From positions 1-52,432 of the forward strand of contig CAYZVJ010000004.1 in assembly GCA_964481765.1 (NCBI GenBank): a stretch of DNA of 52,432 nt, read 5' to 3'. The stretch comes from an uncultured Rikenellaceae bacterium. GTDB taxonomy: Bacteria; Bacteroidota; Bacteroidia; Bacteroidales; VadinHA17. Position 1 is the stretch's first letter. Every line of letters begins with the position of its first letter. Below are positions 18,751 to 28,050 of this stretch, piece by piece. The notes under the pieces are model-generated. The model saw nothing but the letters and a program-made list of their open reading frames with translations, searched no databases and had not been told where the DNA came from. The translations under genes and the position numbers were made by a program.

Positions 18751-19617
18751 TCAGAACCAGATCCTGGCAAGGTATCCGAACAGCATGGTAGTGAAAAAGG
18801 AGAATGAACCATAAACCACTGCAACAAGCGCCATTTCCTGACTTCCAAGCAGTGTGCTGGCTACAAAAATAGCCAACGTACTGTTCTGTAATCCAACTTC
18901 AACAGCAATCGTATACTGATTCTGTTTGGTCAGTCTGAAAAATCTAGGGACCAGCAGACCGGCTGTCATCGAAAAGAAATTCAGCATAAGAGCATATGGT
19001 ATCAGCCGGAAAAAATGGGAATCCAGTCCTGCCTCTCCATTGCCCTCAAGAAAAACAACCCCGGCATAGACACTCAACAGCAGCAGGGGTAAAATAATCC
19101 GCAATGGATTCTGTATCTTCAGTGCAAGCTCTTCGCGCTTCCTGCGGATATAAATACCAATGGATGCAGGAATAACGGTAATCATGAATATTTTTAAAAT
19201 GGTATCCAGCACCGGAAGCACAATTTCTGTATCCTCTCCCATATACACATGAAGTGCAAGCCGGACGATCAGGGGAATGGTTATCAGGGTGAGAATCCCG
19301 TTCACCACCGTGATGGAAACACAGAGGGCAACGTTACCCCGGATGATATAATTCACCAGGTTGGATGTTACTCCGCCAGGACAGGCAGAAATAATGATCA
19401 ACCCCACTTTAAACTCCGGTCTTATGTTGCTGAATGCAGCTATAAGAAAAGCAATCACTGGTAATAATATGAGCTGGCTTGCCAGTCCGACCACCAAATT
19501 CCGGGGTTCTGCAACAATGTTCCTGAGGTCACTGGTGGTTATGGATAATCCGATACCCATCATGATAATAACAAGGGTTGCAGGAAGGAACCAGGTTGAA
19601 AACAGATGGAGTTGCAT
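18751..19617 (-). CDS. Bile acid:sodium symporter (BASS/SBF) family transporter
   Basis: 288 aa, about 9-10 TM helices. Motifs such as ISACPGGVTSN and VEVGLQNSTLA match the SBF fold. Confidence 0.85.
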   Translation of the reverse strand: MQLHLFSTWFLPATLVIIMMGIGLSITTSDLRNIVAEPRNLVVGLASQLILLPVIAFLIAAFSNIRPEFKVGLIIISACPGGVTSNLVNYIIRGNVALCVSITVVNGILTLITIPLIVRLALHVYMGEDTEIVLPVLDTILKIFMITVIPASIGIYIRRKREELALKIQNPLRIILPLLLLSVYAGVVFLEGNGEAGLDSHFFRLIPYALMLNFFSMTAGLLVPRFFRLTKQNQYTIAVEVGLQNSTLAIFVASTLLGSQEMALVAVVYGSFSFFTTMLFGYLARIWF

Positions 19618-19739
19618 AACGGTAAAAAAATCCCAGCCAAAACAAAAAAAGAAACCTTGCGGTGGTTGGTTTGTTACCGGATAAAATTAACAGAAATTAT
19701 TTGTAATTTTAAAGATCATTAAAATCAGAGAGGCAAATT

Positions 19740-21263
19740 ATGATGAAAAGCCAGAAATACGGGATCATGGTATGTATCTTATTGATCTTTTTTCCTTTCT
19801 CCTGTACGTCACAAACAAACCAAAATCCAGCAGCCGGTTCGCAGAAACTGAAAAACAGGAATCCTATTGCTGCCGGTTCGTATTACCCGGCAAACCAGGC
19901 GCAGTTGACATCCCTTCTGGACGAGTGTATGGCACAAGCTGCACCGTGGAAAGTTTCCGGAGATGTCTTAGCGGTTCTTGTTCCCCATGCGGGATATGTT
20001 TTTTCAGGATCTGTAGCGGCATCCAGTTTTAACCAGATACCTAAAGAGATGAAATTTGATAACATTTTTATCATCGGATCAAGCCATCATGTTCTTTTCG
20101 ACGGCGCTTCAATATACAACCAGGGTCATTATATTACTCCCCTTGGAACGGTTCCTGTTAACCTGGAACTGGCAAATGATCTGATCAAGGCGCACGATTG
20201 CTTTGATTTTTTCCCGGAAGCTCATTCACAGGAGCACAGCATTGAGGTGCAGCTACCCTTCCTTCAGCACCATTTCACACACGAATTTCAAATTATTCCC
20301 ATTGTTATCGGCACCCAGGATGTCCAGCGATGCCGTGATATTGCGAAGGCACTTCTACCCTACCTCAACCCAAATAACCTCTTTGTTATCAGCACTGACT
20401 TCTCCCATTATCCCAGCTATGAAGATGCCGTCAAGGTTGACAGGAAAACCGCCTCCGCCATCCTGGCAAATACTCCGGAAGAGCTGATCAAAACCCTTCA
20501 GGAAAACGCCAGGGAAGGTATTCCCGGTTTGGTAACCAGCATGTGCGGGTGGTCATCCGTGCTTTCCCTGCTGTACATGACCGAGCACAGGAATGACATT
20601 AAGGTGTTTCACATTGACTATAAAAATTCCGGTGACACGGAATATGGTGATAAATCGAGGGTGGTCGGATATAATTCCATCTGTTTTACCCAGGATAAAG
20701 AAGAACCCTCAGCCTTTTACCTGGATGAAACAGACAAGCAAGAACTCCTGAAGATTGCCAGAAAAACGATTGAAGAATACGTGCTACACCAGCGGATTCC
20801 GGAATTCACTACCCGTGAGTATTCAAAGAACCTTCTCTCTCCTGCCGGAGCTTTTGTCACACTCCAGAAAAATGATGCCTTGCGCGGATGCATCGGTCAA
20901 TTTGAACCTGACCACCCCCTGTATGAGGTGGTCCGCGACATGAGCATCTCCTCCTCTACCCGCGATTACCGGTTCCCTCCGGTCACTTCCGATGAACTGT
21001 CTGATATTCATATTGAGATTTCGGTCTTATCACCGATGAAAAAAATTGAATCGGTCGATGAAATCGTTCTCGGAAAACACGGAATATACATTGTGCAGGG
21101 ATCACGATCCGGAACATTTCTCCCACAGGTTGCAACACAAACGGGATGGGACCTGGAAAATTTTCTTGGCCATTGCGCTAAAGATAAAGCCGGGATTGGA
21201 TGGGACGGATGGAAGGATGCTGATATCTATGTCTATGAAGCATTTGTTTTTGGAGAGAAATAA
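19740..21263 (+). CDS. amrB/amrA: Fusion of AmmeMemoRadiSam system protein B (MEMO1-like) and protein A (AMMECR1 domain), with a lipoprotein-type leader
   Basis: 507 aa. Memo motifs VPHAGYVFSG, HSQEHSIEVQLPFL, ISTDFSHY. C-terminal AMMECR1 motif GAFVTLQKNDALRGCIGQFEP. The N-terminus MMKSQKYGIMVCILLIFFPFSC looks like a lipoprotein signal. Confidence 0.85.
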   Translation: MMKSQKYGIMVCILLIFFPFSCTSQTNQNPAAGSQKLKNRNPIAAGSYYPANQAQLTSLLDECMAQAAPWKVSGDVLAVLVPHAGYVFSGSVAASSFNQIPKEMKFDNIFIIGSSHHVLFDGASIYNQGHYITPLGTVPVNLELANDLIKAHDCFDFFPEAHSQEHSIEVQLPFLQHHFTHEFQIIPIVIGTQDVQRCRDIAKALLPYLNPNNLFVISTDFSHYPSYEDAVKVDRKTASAILANTPEELIKTLQENAREGIPGLVTSMCGWSSVLSLLYMTEHRNDIKVFHIDYKNSGDTEYGDKSRVVGYNSICFTQDKEEPSAFYLDETDKQELLKIARKTIEEYVLHQRIPEFTTREYSKNLLSPAGAFVTLQKNDALRGCIGQFEPDHPLYEVVRDMSISSSTRDYRFPPVTSDELSDIHIEISVLSPMKKIESVDEIVLGKHGIYIVQGSRSGTFLPQVATQTGWDLENFLGHCAKDKAGIGWDGWKDADIYVYEAFVFGEK

Positions 21264-21284
21264 CGATTTCCTATAAGGGTATTC

Positions 21285-23822
21285 ATGAAAGCACCGTATG
21301 CTTTAATTCCGGTCATCATCCTGGTTTTGCTGGTATATAGCGCCTCCTTCCTGGCATCCCGGTTTTCCATTATCAAACGGAGTACCCATCGCAAATTCTG
21401 GAATTCACTGCTGCTATTAACCTTTTTTACCACTGCCTGCCTGGGACTGATCCTTGCCATTCAGGTTAACTATAAAATAAAGATCGGGATCATTGAGAAC
21501 ATCCTGGTCTGGCATGTAGATTTTGGTATTGCCCTGGCCGTAATAGCAATTTTTCATTTCTCCTGGCATCTGAAATACTATGCTGATTTGTTCAGGAAAT
21601 CCGGGAAAGGTGTGATCCCCTCACCGGATAAGCAACCGGATAATGGAGCTGTTTCCAGCTATGATTACCAGGGACTGTCGGAGATGCCCCTCAGGTGGAT
21701 TGTTGTCGTGCTTGGCTTATCGGCGATCATTACACAGGTTATTCTCCTCCGGGAATTCATGTCAACCTTTTACGGGAATGAGCTGGTTCTTGGAGTGGTG
21801 CTTTCCAACTGGATGATATTGACCGGACTCGGAGCTTTCCTTGGCCGGTTTTTATCCCGTTTCAGAAATGGAGTAAACCTGCTGTTCTTTTCATTGATCG
21901 CCATCGGGACATTGCCTCTTCTGACAGTCTTTCTTTTGAATGTTCTGAAGAACATTGTCTTCATTGAGGGAAGCATGGTTGGCCTGTTGCAGGTTTTTGC
22001 CTGGTCGGGCATTCTGCTAATTCCCTATTGCCTGCTCTCGGGATCACTTTTCACCTACCTTTCCCATCACGTCTCGCTGCTGGGCAAGGAGAACCTGATC
22101 TACCGGGTCTACAGCCTTGAGGCTATAGGAAGTGTTCTGGGCGGGATTCTCTTCAATTTTATCCTGGTCTTTTTCCTGAAAACCTTTCAGAGCCTCTTTA
22201 TCCTGCTCACCATAAACCTGTTTTTTGCCATGCGGTTTTTTCCTGGCAGAAGAAAACCACTCATCCTTTTACCGGTAACGACTTTCTGGGTATTTATGTT
22301 AATCGCTTCATTTTTTCTGGACCTTGATGTATTCACAAAGCAACGGTTATTCAGAAACCAGGAACTTGTTTACCTGAAAGAGACACCTTATGGAAATCTG
22401 GCCATTACAAAAACGGGTGAACAGTTTAATTTTTATGAAGACTATGTTTTATTATTCAATACATTAAATCCGATTGCCAATGAAGAGAATGTCCACTATG
22501 CCATGGTTCAGCATCCGGATCCGAAGTCTGTTTTGGTCATTTCCGGAGGGATCTCCGGGATGCTGGATGAAATATTGAAATACCCGGTTGAGCGCATTGA
22601 CTATGTGGAGATTAATCCGTGGCTGGTAAGGGCGGCAAGAGAACATTTACATTTCAATGTTGATCAAAAAGTTCATATTTACCACCAGGATGCGCGGCTC
22701 TTCATCAGGCGTTCTTCTGAAAAATATGATGTCATTCTCATCCATGCTCCACCTCCCGGCACGGCACAAACGAATCGTTATTACACCTGTGAATTTTTTC
22801 TCGAGCTGAAAAAGTCACTCACCCCTTCCGGTATTGTTGCCCTGGCACTGCCCTCTACCATGAATTATATCAGCGAAGAGGCAGCCGAAGTCCTTTCGAT
22901 CACCTACAACACGCTGAATGAAGTATTTACATACGTTGATATAATACCTGGTGAACAGAATTTTTTCCTTGCCTCGGAAGAAAAGATCAGCCTTCAAATA
23001 GCAAAGCGGATTGAAGAGAAGGGCATAGAGAATGAGTATGTCAATCAGTATTATATTGATGACCAGCTTCTTCAGGCAAGGAGGAACACGATCATGCAGT
23101 CACTCGATCCGGAAGCAGAGCTGAATCTCGATTTTACTCCCCGTGCCTATTTGAAACAGATCGTGTTCTGGCTTAGCTATTTTGATTTCAACTACTGGTT
23201 CATCTGGATACCCCTTTTCATCCTGATCCCCATACTCATCGTGCGATGGAATCCCATACAGACAGGCATGTTTACCTGTGGTTTCAGTGCTTCTGCCATT
23301 GAAATACTGTTGCTCATTGCATTTCAGATTTTGTATGGATACGTTTATCAGGTAACGGGCATCATCATTACGCTCTTCATGGCAGGATTGGCTGCAGGTC
23401 CCTACCTGCAAAGAAAGATCCTTCCGGGAGCAATGCCTGGACAGCTGACTGCCGTTCAGATCCTGATCGGTATATTTGCTATGATCCTTCCCTTCCTGTT
23501 CCTTCTGTTCAGGATCATGGATCCGGGATCCGGTCTGACACATGCTCTCTTTTTCCTGCTAACCTTTCTGATCTCAGTCCTTACCGGGATATTCTTTTCG
23601 CTGGCTACTACCCTGATGAAAGGCAATGTTTTACAGGTTGCATCGGGTTTGTACGGATCAGATCTGATCGGGTCTGCTCTGGGTGCCTTGCTGGTGGCAG
23701 CCCTTTTGTTTCCTTTGCTTGGTTTGATCAAGGTAGCTCTGCTGATCGGTGTTTTAAACTTTATCGCAGCTCTGTTTATCTGGTTACGGAGGAAACGCCT
23801 TTCCGATAATTTTGTAACTTAG
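21285..23822 (+). CDS. Polytopic membrane protein with a central spermidine-synthase-like (class I SAM/aminopropyltransferase fold) domain
   Basis: 845 aa, with many TM helices on both sides of a soluble core. Core motifs: VLVISGGISGMLDEILKYP, IDYVEINPWLV, YDVILIHAPPPGTAQTNRYYTCEFF. This architecture is commonly annotated as 'fused MFS/spermidine synthase'. The gaps to both neighbouring genes are 21 nt. Confidence 0.75.
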   Translation: MKAPYALIPVIILVLLVYSASFLASRFSIIKRSTHRKFWNSLLLLTFFTTACLGLILAIQVNYKIKIGIIENILVWHVDFGIALAVIAIFHFSWHLKYYADLFRKSGKGVIPSPDKQPDNGAVSSYDYQGLSEMPLRWIVVVLGLSAIITQVILLREFMSTFYGNELVLGVVLSNWMILTGLGAFLGRFLSRFRNGVNLLFFSLIAIGTLPLLTVFLLNVLKNIVFIEGSMVGLLQVFAWSGILLIPYCLLSGSLFTYLSHHVSLLGKENLIYRVYSLEAIGSVLGGILFNFILVFFLKTFQSLFILLTINLFFAMRFFPGRRKPLILLPVTTFWVFMLIASFFLDLDVFTKQRLFRNQELVYLKETPYGNLAITKTGEQFNFYEDYVLLFNTLNPIANEENVHYAMVQHPDPKSVLVISGGISGMLDEILKYPVERIDYVEINPWLVRAAREHLHFNVDQKVHIYHQDARLFIRRSSEKYDVILIHAPPPGTAQTNRYYTCEFFLELKKSLTPSGIVALALPSTMNYISEEAAEVLSITYNTLNEVFTYVDIIPGEQNFFLASEEKISLQIAKRIEEKGIENEYVNQYYIDDQLLQARRNTIMQSLDPEAELNLDFTPRAYLKQIVFWLSYFDFNYWFIWIPLFILIPILIVRWNPIQTGMFTCGFSASAIEILLLIAFQILYGYVYQVTGIIITLFMAGLAAGPYLQRKILPGAMPGQLTAVQILIGIFAMILPFLFLLFRIMDPGSGLTHALFFLLTFLISVLTGIFFSLATTLMKGNVLQVASGLYGSDLIGSALGALLVAALLFPLLGLIKVALLIGVLNFIAALFIWLRRKRLSDNFVT

Positions 23823-23843
23823 ACGCCGGGAAAAGGATGCGGA

Positions 23844-24983
23844 ATGGATAAAAGGAAATTCATCAAGCAGGGGATACTGGGGACCGGCGCGTTGTGCTGC
23901 CTTCCACGCATTACTTCCGGTAATCTTTTATCGGACAAGGAACCGGGGAAATCCCTGTCCGAGAAACTCCCAAAAGGGAGCAGGGAAGCCATGTATTATG
24001 AAGTGACTCCGCGTGGTGTAAAATGCATGATCTGTCCCAACGAATGCACACTGAAACTGGATGAATTGAGCGATTGCCATAACAGGATAAACAAAGACGA
24101 TAAACTCTATACCATGGCATATGGCAATCCATGTGCCATTAACATTGATCCCATTGAGAAGAAACCGTTGTACCATTTTCTTCCGGGAAGCAGAGCTTTT
24201 TCAATTGCCACGGCCGGGTGCAACCTTGCCTGCCTGAATTGTCAGAACTGGACCATCTCACAGGTCAGTCCAACGGAAACCCGGAACTATGACCTGATGC
24301 CTGACCGGGTGGTGACTGAAAGTCTTGATAACCATTGCGAATCGATCGCATATACCTATTCCGAACCCATTACCTTTTACGAATACACACTCGATTCTGC
24401 CAGGATAGCCCGTGAGAAAGGGATCAGGAACGTGATGGTCTCTGCCGGCTATATAAACGAAGAACCACTACGCAACCTGGCTCCCTATATCGATGCAGCG
24501 AACATTGATCTGAAATCGTTCAAAGAGAGTATCTATCTGAAGCTGAATGCAGGAAAGCTTCAGCCTGTGCTGGACACACTGAGAATTTTGCTGGAGGAGA
24601 AGGTATGGCTTGAGATCACCAATCTGATTGTACCTAACTGGACCGATGATTTTGACATGATCCGGGAGATGTGCGAATGGTTGTATGCAAACGGATTTCA
24701 GGATTGTCCTCTCCATTTCAGCCGGTTTCATCCCATGTATAAACTAACCCAACTGCCACCCACCCCGGTGGCCACCCTGGACAAAGCGAGAGAAATTGCA
24801 CTTCAATCCGGGATCCGTCATGTCTATATCGGAAATGTGCCCGGAACAAAAGCCAGCAATACCATTTGCCCTGCATGCAAAAAAATCCTGGTGGAAAGGC
24901 GGGGCTACCTGATTGCATCCAACAAGATAAAAGACGGCAAATGCACCTATTGCAATGAACCCATAGCCGGAGTCTGGAGTTAA
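23844..24983 (+). CDS. amrS: AmmeMemoRadiSam system radical SAM enzyme
   Basis: 379 aa. N-terminal CxxCPxxC (KCMICPNEC). Radical SAM CX3CX2C (GCNLACLNCQNW). C-terminal Cys pairs CPACKK and GKCTYCNEPIAGVW. Tat-like leader MDKRKFIKQGILGTGALCCLP. Confidence 0.85.
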   Translation: MDKRKFIKQGILGTGALCCLPRITSGNLLSDKEPGKSLSEKLPKGSREAMYYEVTPRGVKCMICPNECTLKLDELSDCHNRINKDDKLYTMAYGNPCAINIDPIEKKPLYHFLPGSRAFSIATAGCNLACLNCQNWTISQVSPTETRNYDLMPDRVVTESLDNHCESIAYTYSEPITFYEYTLDSARIAREKGIRNVMVSAGYINEEPLRNLAPYIDAANIDLKSFKESIYLKLNAGKLQPVLDTLRILLEEKVWLEITNLIVPNWTDDFDMIREMCEWLYANGFQDCPLHFSRFHPMYKLTQLPPTPVATLDKAREIALQSGIRHVYIGNVPGTKASNTICPACKKILVERRGYLIASNKIKDGKCTYCNEPIAGVWS

Positions 24984-24992
24984 TGCATTCCC

Positions 24993-25511
24993 ATGAATAT
25001 TCAAGAACAATTGGAAGTGGAGCTTTCCAGGTGGAACACGGATCTTGTTTCGGAATATGTTGGAGCAGATCGGGAGCGGTTTTACGAATTGTGGAATCTG
25101 CTGCTACCCGAGAAATATCCCGTCTCACCCAGGACAGCCTGGGTGCTCGAATTCCTCTGTGAAAAAAACCCACACCTGTTAAAACCCTATCTGGATGAAT
25201 TGCTCAATGCGCTTCCCGGAATAATACATCATGGGATTAAGCGCCATATGATGAAGATCCTTACCTTCCAGGAGATCCCCGAAGAACACCTGGGCAACCT
25301 GATTGATCTCTGCTTCCGGTGGATCGAAGATACTGAAATACCCGTTGCTGTGAAAGTGCACTCCATGCAGATCATTTACAATGCAATCCAGCAGTTCCCT
25401 GAACTTAAAGCTGAATTTATTGCTGTTGTGGAGGACCAGATTCCTAAGAACTCACTGGGATTCAAGTCACGAGCGAGAAGGCTAATCGCTAAACTGCAGA
25501 ATATTTCCTGA
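24993..25511 (+). CDS. Hypothetical all-helical (HEAT/ARM-like) protein, last gene of the Amme operon
   Basis: 172 aa. Starts 9 nt after the amrS stop on the same strand. Helical repeat-like sequence; I recognise no family. Confidence 0.5.
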   Translation: MNIQEQLEVELSRWNTDLVSEYVGADRERFYELWNLLLPEKYPVSPRTAWVLEFLCEKNPHLLKPYLDELLNALPGIIHHGIKRHMMKILTFQEIPEEHLGNLIDLCFRWIEDTEIPVAVKVHSMQIIYNAIQQFPELKAEFIAVVEDQIPKNSLGFKSRARRLIAKLQNIS

Positions 25512-25677
25512 TTTCTGACCATCGGTCAGACGGAATGAAGCCGTCAGACCGAACCAAATTAACAGGATCCGAATCAACACAATGAAATTAACCCGCATTA
25601 TTCATTAATAATCCGGGTTAATGGGTTGATTTCGCTGCGTCAGAGGGATTTATCCCGTGCAACCTTTGCAATATAGG

Positions 25678-26598
25678 TCAAATCAGGCAATCTTCCGTCC
25701 AACCCAGTTTTATCAGTTCAATCTTTTCCGGATCAGCCGTTCCCAGCTTGTGGCGGGTATCTGCCAGAAGAATATGTTTTGCCGGCGGATTCAGCGGTCT
25801 CTCCTCTCCAAAGTGCTCCTTTCGTTTCGCCTGCAGTATGCGAACCCCAACAGAATCTACGGCTACCGGATCGAAACCGACCAGCAATCCCTTGTATTCC
25901 CAGGTAAACTCCTTATTGAAGTGATGTCTTCCAACTCCATGAAAAAGAGGATTTAACATAACAAGAATATTCAACCTGGTTTTGCCTTCCACCACGGGCA
26001 ATCTCCAGAGGGTGGCAAGATCAGCACAGGAGTCGCCATGGAGTGATGATGGATTTGGAATAAACATGATGTAGTTCTTAAGCAGGGATCCCACACCAGA
26101 CCAGGCGTGTGTTCTCAGCGGTCGGGTATTGATCAGTGCAGTACTGTTCTGAAAGACCGGATCACTGATAATGCCCCGGTCCTTGATGCTGATGTTTTTT
26201 TCCTCCACTCCCATATCCATAACACGCTGCTTTATAGCCTGTTCGAGCTCGGGAGGTGTAGGCATGTAGGACCAAACATTCGATTTAATTCCAACGATAT
26301 CATCCGGTTTTATCAGTTTTTTCCAGGCATCCAGATAGTCTTTTTCATCCGTTAATGCCATAACTGCCTGATCCAGCATGGATTGAATTTTACCCGGGAA
26401 GGGTTTATTGTACCCTGTCAACAGATCCTTATCACGGATCAGTACAACCCGTGTCTTCTCTCCGGCCCCTGTTTCAGGAAATGCGGAAGAGAGGGCTTCT
26501 GCTGTTTGTCCCGATCGGGAAAAATAGAGAAACCCGCCAATGGAGGCAAGGGCACTTCTCTTAAGAAGCGTTCGTCTTGTTATCGGTTTCCGGTTCAT
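25678..26598 (-). CDS. Tat-signal protein, DUF362-like
   Basis: 306 aa. Canonical twin-arginine leader MNRKPITRRTLLKRSALASIGGF. The body (..VVLIRDKDL..IKPDDIVGIKSNVW..) resembles DUF362. Family assignment is from memory only. Confidence 0.6.
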   Translation of the reverse strand: MNRKPITRRTLLKRSALASIGGFLYFSRSGQTAEALSSAFPETGAGEKTRVVLIRDKDLLTGYNKPFPGKIQSMLDQAVMALTDEKDYLDAWKKLIKPDDIVGIKSNVWSYMPTPPELEQAIKQRVMDMGVEEKNISIKDRGIISDPVFQNSTALINTRPLRTHAWSGVGSLLKNYIMFIPNPSSLHGDSCADLATLWRLPVVEGKTRLNILVMLNPLFHGVGRHHFNKEFTWEYKGLLVGFDPVAVDSVGVRILQAKRKEHFGEERPLNPPAKHILLADTRHKLGTADPEKIELIKLGWTEDCLI

Positions 26599-26622
26599 GA
26601 TGGATCGGTATTAATGTTATTA

Positions 26623-27540
26623 TCAATCTTTTGCAGATAAATAGGTATTCTGTGCCCTGTCGAGCATTGTTTCAACCGCTTCTTTTGTGTCGCCATTGAA
26701 CACACAGATTAACAGCTTCTGGTCAACGCGACTACCTGTCCATTTCCCATCCTCCAGTTCAACAGCCTGTTTATCCTCCAGTTCAGGTGCGTATTGATGC
26801 AAAAAATTCCGGTAGGCTTCACTGGCTTTATCTGCATTCTCATAGTGGATCAACAGGAGGTAATAGCGTGCATCCGGTGGTCCGTATTTTGCCAGTACCG
26901 CATCGGTTTTGTCATCGATGTTTAAAAAATTATCATCAGAAATATAGTAAAATGCATTTACCCAGACATAGTGGTGAAAGTAAAAGACACTTTCCGGAGC
27001 CAGGTCTTCTTCCGGTATCCATCTCACTATTTCCGGCAATTCTCCCTCCTCTTTTATTTTTTTATCAATTTTATGAGCCATTGCTTCCATCGCTTTCTCA
27101 GTCATGGAGGTTTGGTAATTACACACGATGGAAACATAGTAGGAGCCCTTCCAGAACAGGATCGCTCCCCGATAGATTTGGCAGCCCTGTCCATAGGTAT
27201 CATCCAGCTTTTCGCGTCCGTGACAATGTAAACCAAATGCATTTTTCGGTTCAACCATATCAAAAATCTCAACCTGGATATCCGGTTGCCCTGATCTTCT
27301 GTAGGTCCGGCTGATAACCCGTTCAAATCCATAGGATATGAAAAGTTCAGCCCCTCCGTCTATGTAATCATACAGGGTCTCCGGATAATAGTAACGGTCC
27401 TGGCCCAGGGCCTCCCATTCGTTGATTGCTTTGGGTAAAAAATCGCCGAGAATTTGTGCTGAAGTGGACATGATCGGAATAAAAAATAACAGAATAATGA
27501 AACGAACTGCTTTGCTGGATGAGATTATACGGTTCATCAT
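26623..27540 (-). CDS. Secreted hypothetical protein, partner of the DUF362-like gene
   Basis: I prefer the internal start MMNRIISSSKAVRFIILLFFIPIMSTSAQ (signal peptide). 24-nt gap to the downstream DUF362-like gene. The LYDYIDGGAELF motif is recalled from a DUF family that I cannot name with certainty. Confidence 0.6.
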   Translation of the reverse strand: MMNRIISSSKAVRFIILLFFIPIMSTSAQILGDFLPKAINEWEALGQDRYYYPETLYDYIDGGAELFISYGFERVISRTYRRSGQPDIQVEIFDMVEPKNAFGLHCHGREKLDDTYGQGCQIYRGAILFWKGSYYVSIVCNYQTSMTEKAMEAMAHKIDKKIKEEGELPEIVRWIPEEDLAPESVFYFHHYVWVNAFYYISDDNFLNIDDKTDAVLAKYGPPDARYYLLLIHYENADKASEAYRNFLHQYAPELEDKQAVELEDGKWTGSRVDQKLLICVFNGDTKEAVETMLDRAQNTYLSAKD

Positions 27541-27765
27541 ACGGACTTCAATGGCTAACGGTAACGGAACAAGAATTACTCTAAACATGCCAGGACAATA
27601 CCCGGTACGGGTGGTGTTGAGACACCCATAAAAATAAGAAAAAAATTGTTTTTGTCATTTTTATTTCTTTCCATTTATACAACAAAATAACATAAAGTGA
27701 CGTGATTTTGTTCACTCCCACCGTAAAAATAGTGTCTAAATAAGGGATGTCGGATTATGGAAGGA

Positions 27766-28050
27766 TTACCTGACAAAAAGGAGGTAAAGAAAGCTTGCAA
27801 GGGCTATTACTGCGATAATGATGATGATTACTGTTTTCCTGGTCTCGGTTTTTACGCCCTTTTCACTTTCAGTTTCCCGGTTTTTACTTTCCAGCGCTGC
27901 ACCAATACTCACACCAATACCTGCTCCAATAGCAATCCCAATGGCTACCTGATCCATGGCGATGCCGATGGCAATCCCACAGACCATCCCAATGGCAATG
28001 CCGATTCCCATTCCTGTACCCTTCCGGATATTATGGTCATTCTGCTGCAT
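27766..28050 (-). CDS. Small glycine-zipper membrane protein
   Basis: 94 aa. GxxxG-type repeats GMGIGIAIGMVCGIAIGIAMDQVAIGIAIGAGIGVSIGAAL, a charged linker, then a second TM (VIIIIIAVIALASFLYLLF). The mirror plus-strand ORF is low-complexity. Confidence 0.6.
   Translation of the reverse strand: MQQNDHNIRKGTGMGIGIAIGMVCGIAIGIAMDQVAIGIAIGAGIGVSIGAALESKNRETESEKGVKTETRKTVIIIIIAVIALASFLYLLFVR

Noticed and set aside
24718-25173. 151-aa minus-strand ORF bridging the amrS / HEAT-like gene junction.
   Set aside because: Antisense to two well-spaced plus-strand genes, one of which (amrS) has unambiguous radical SAM motifs.
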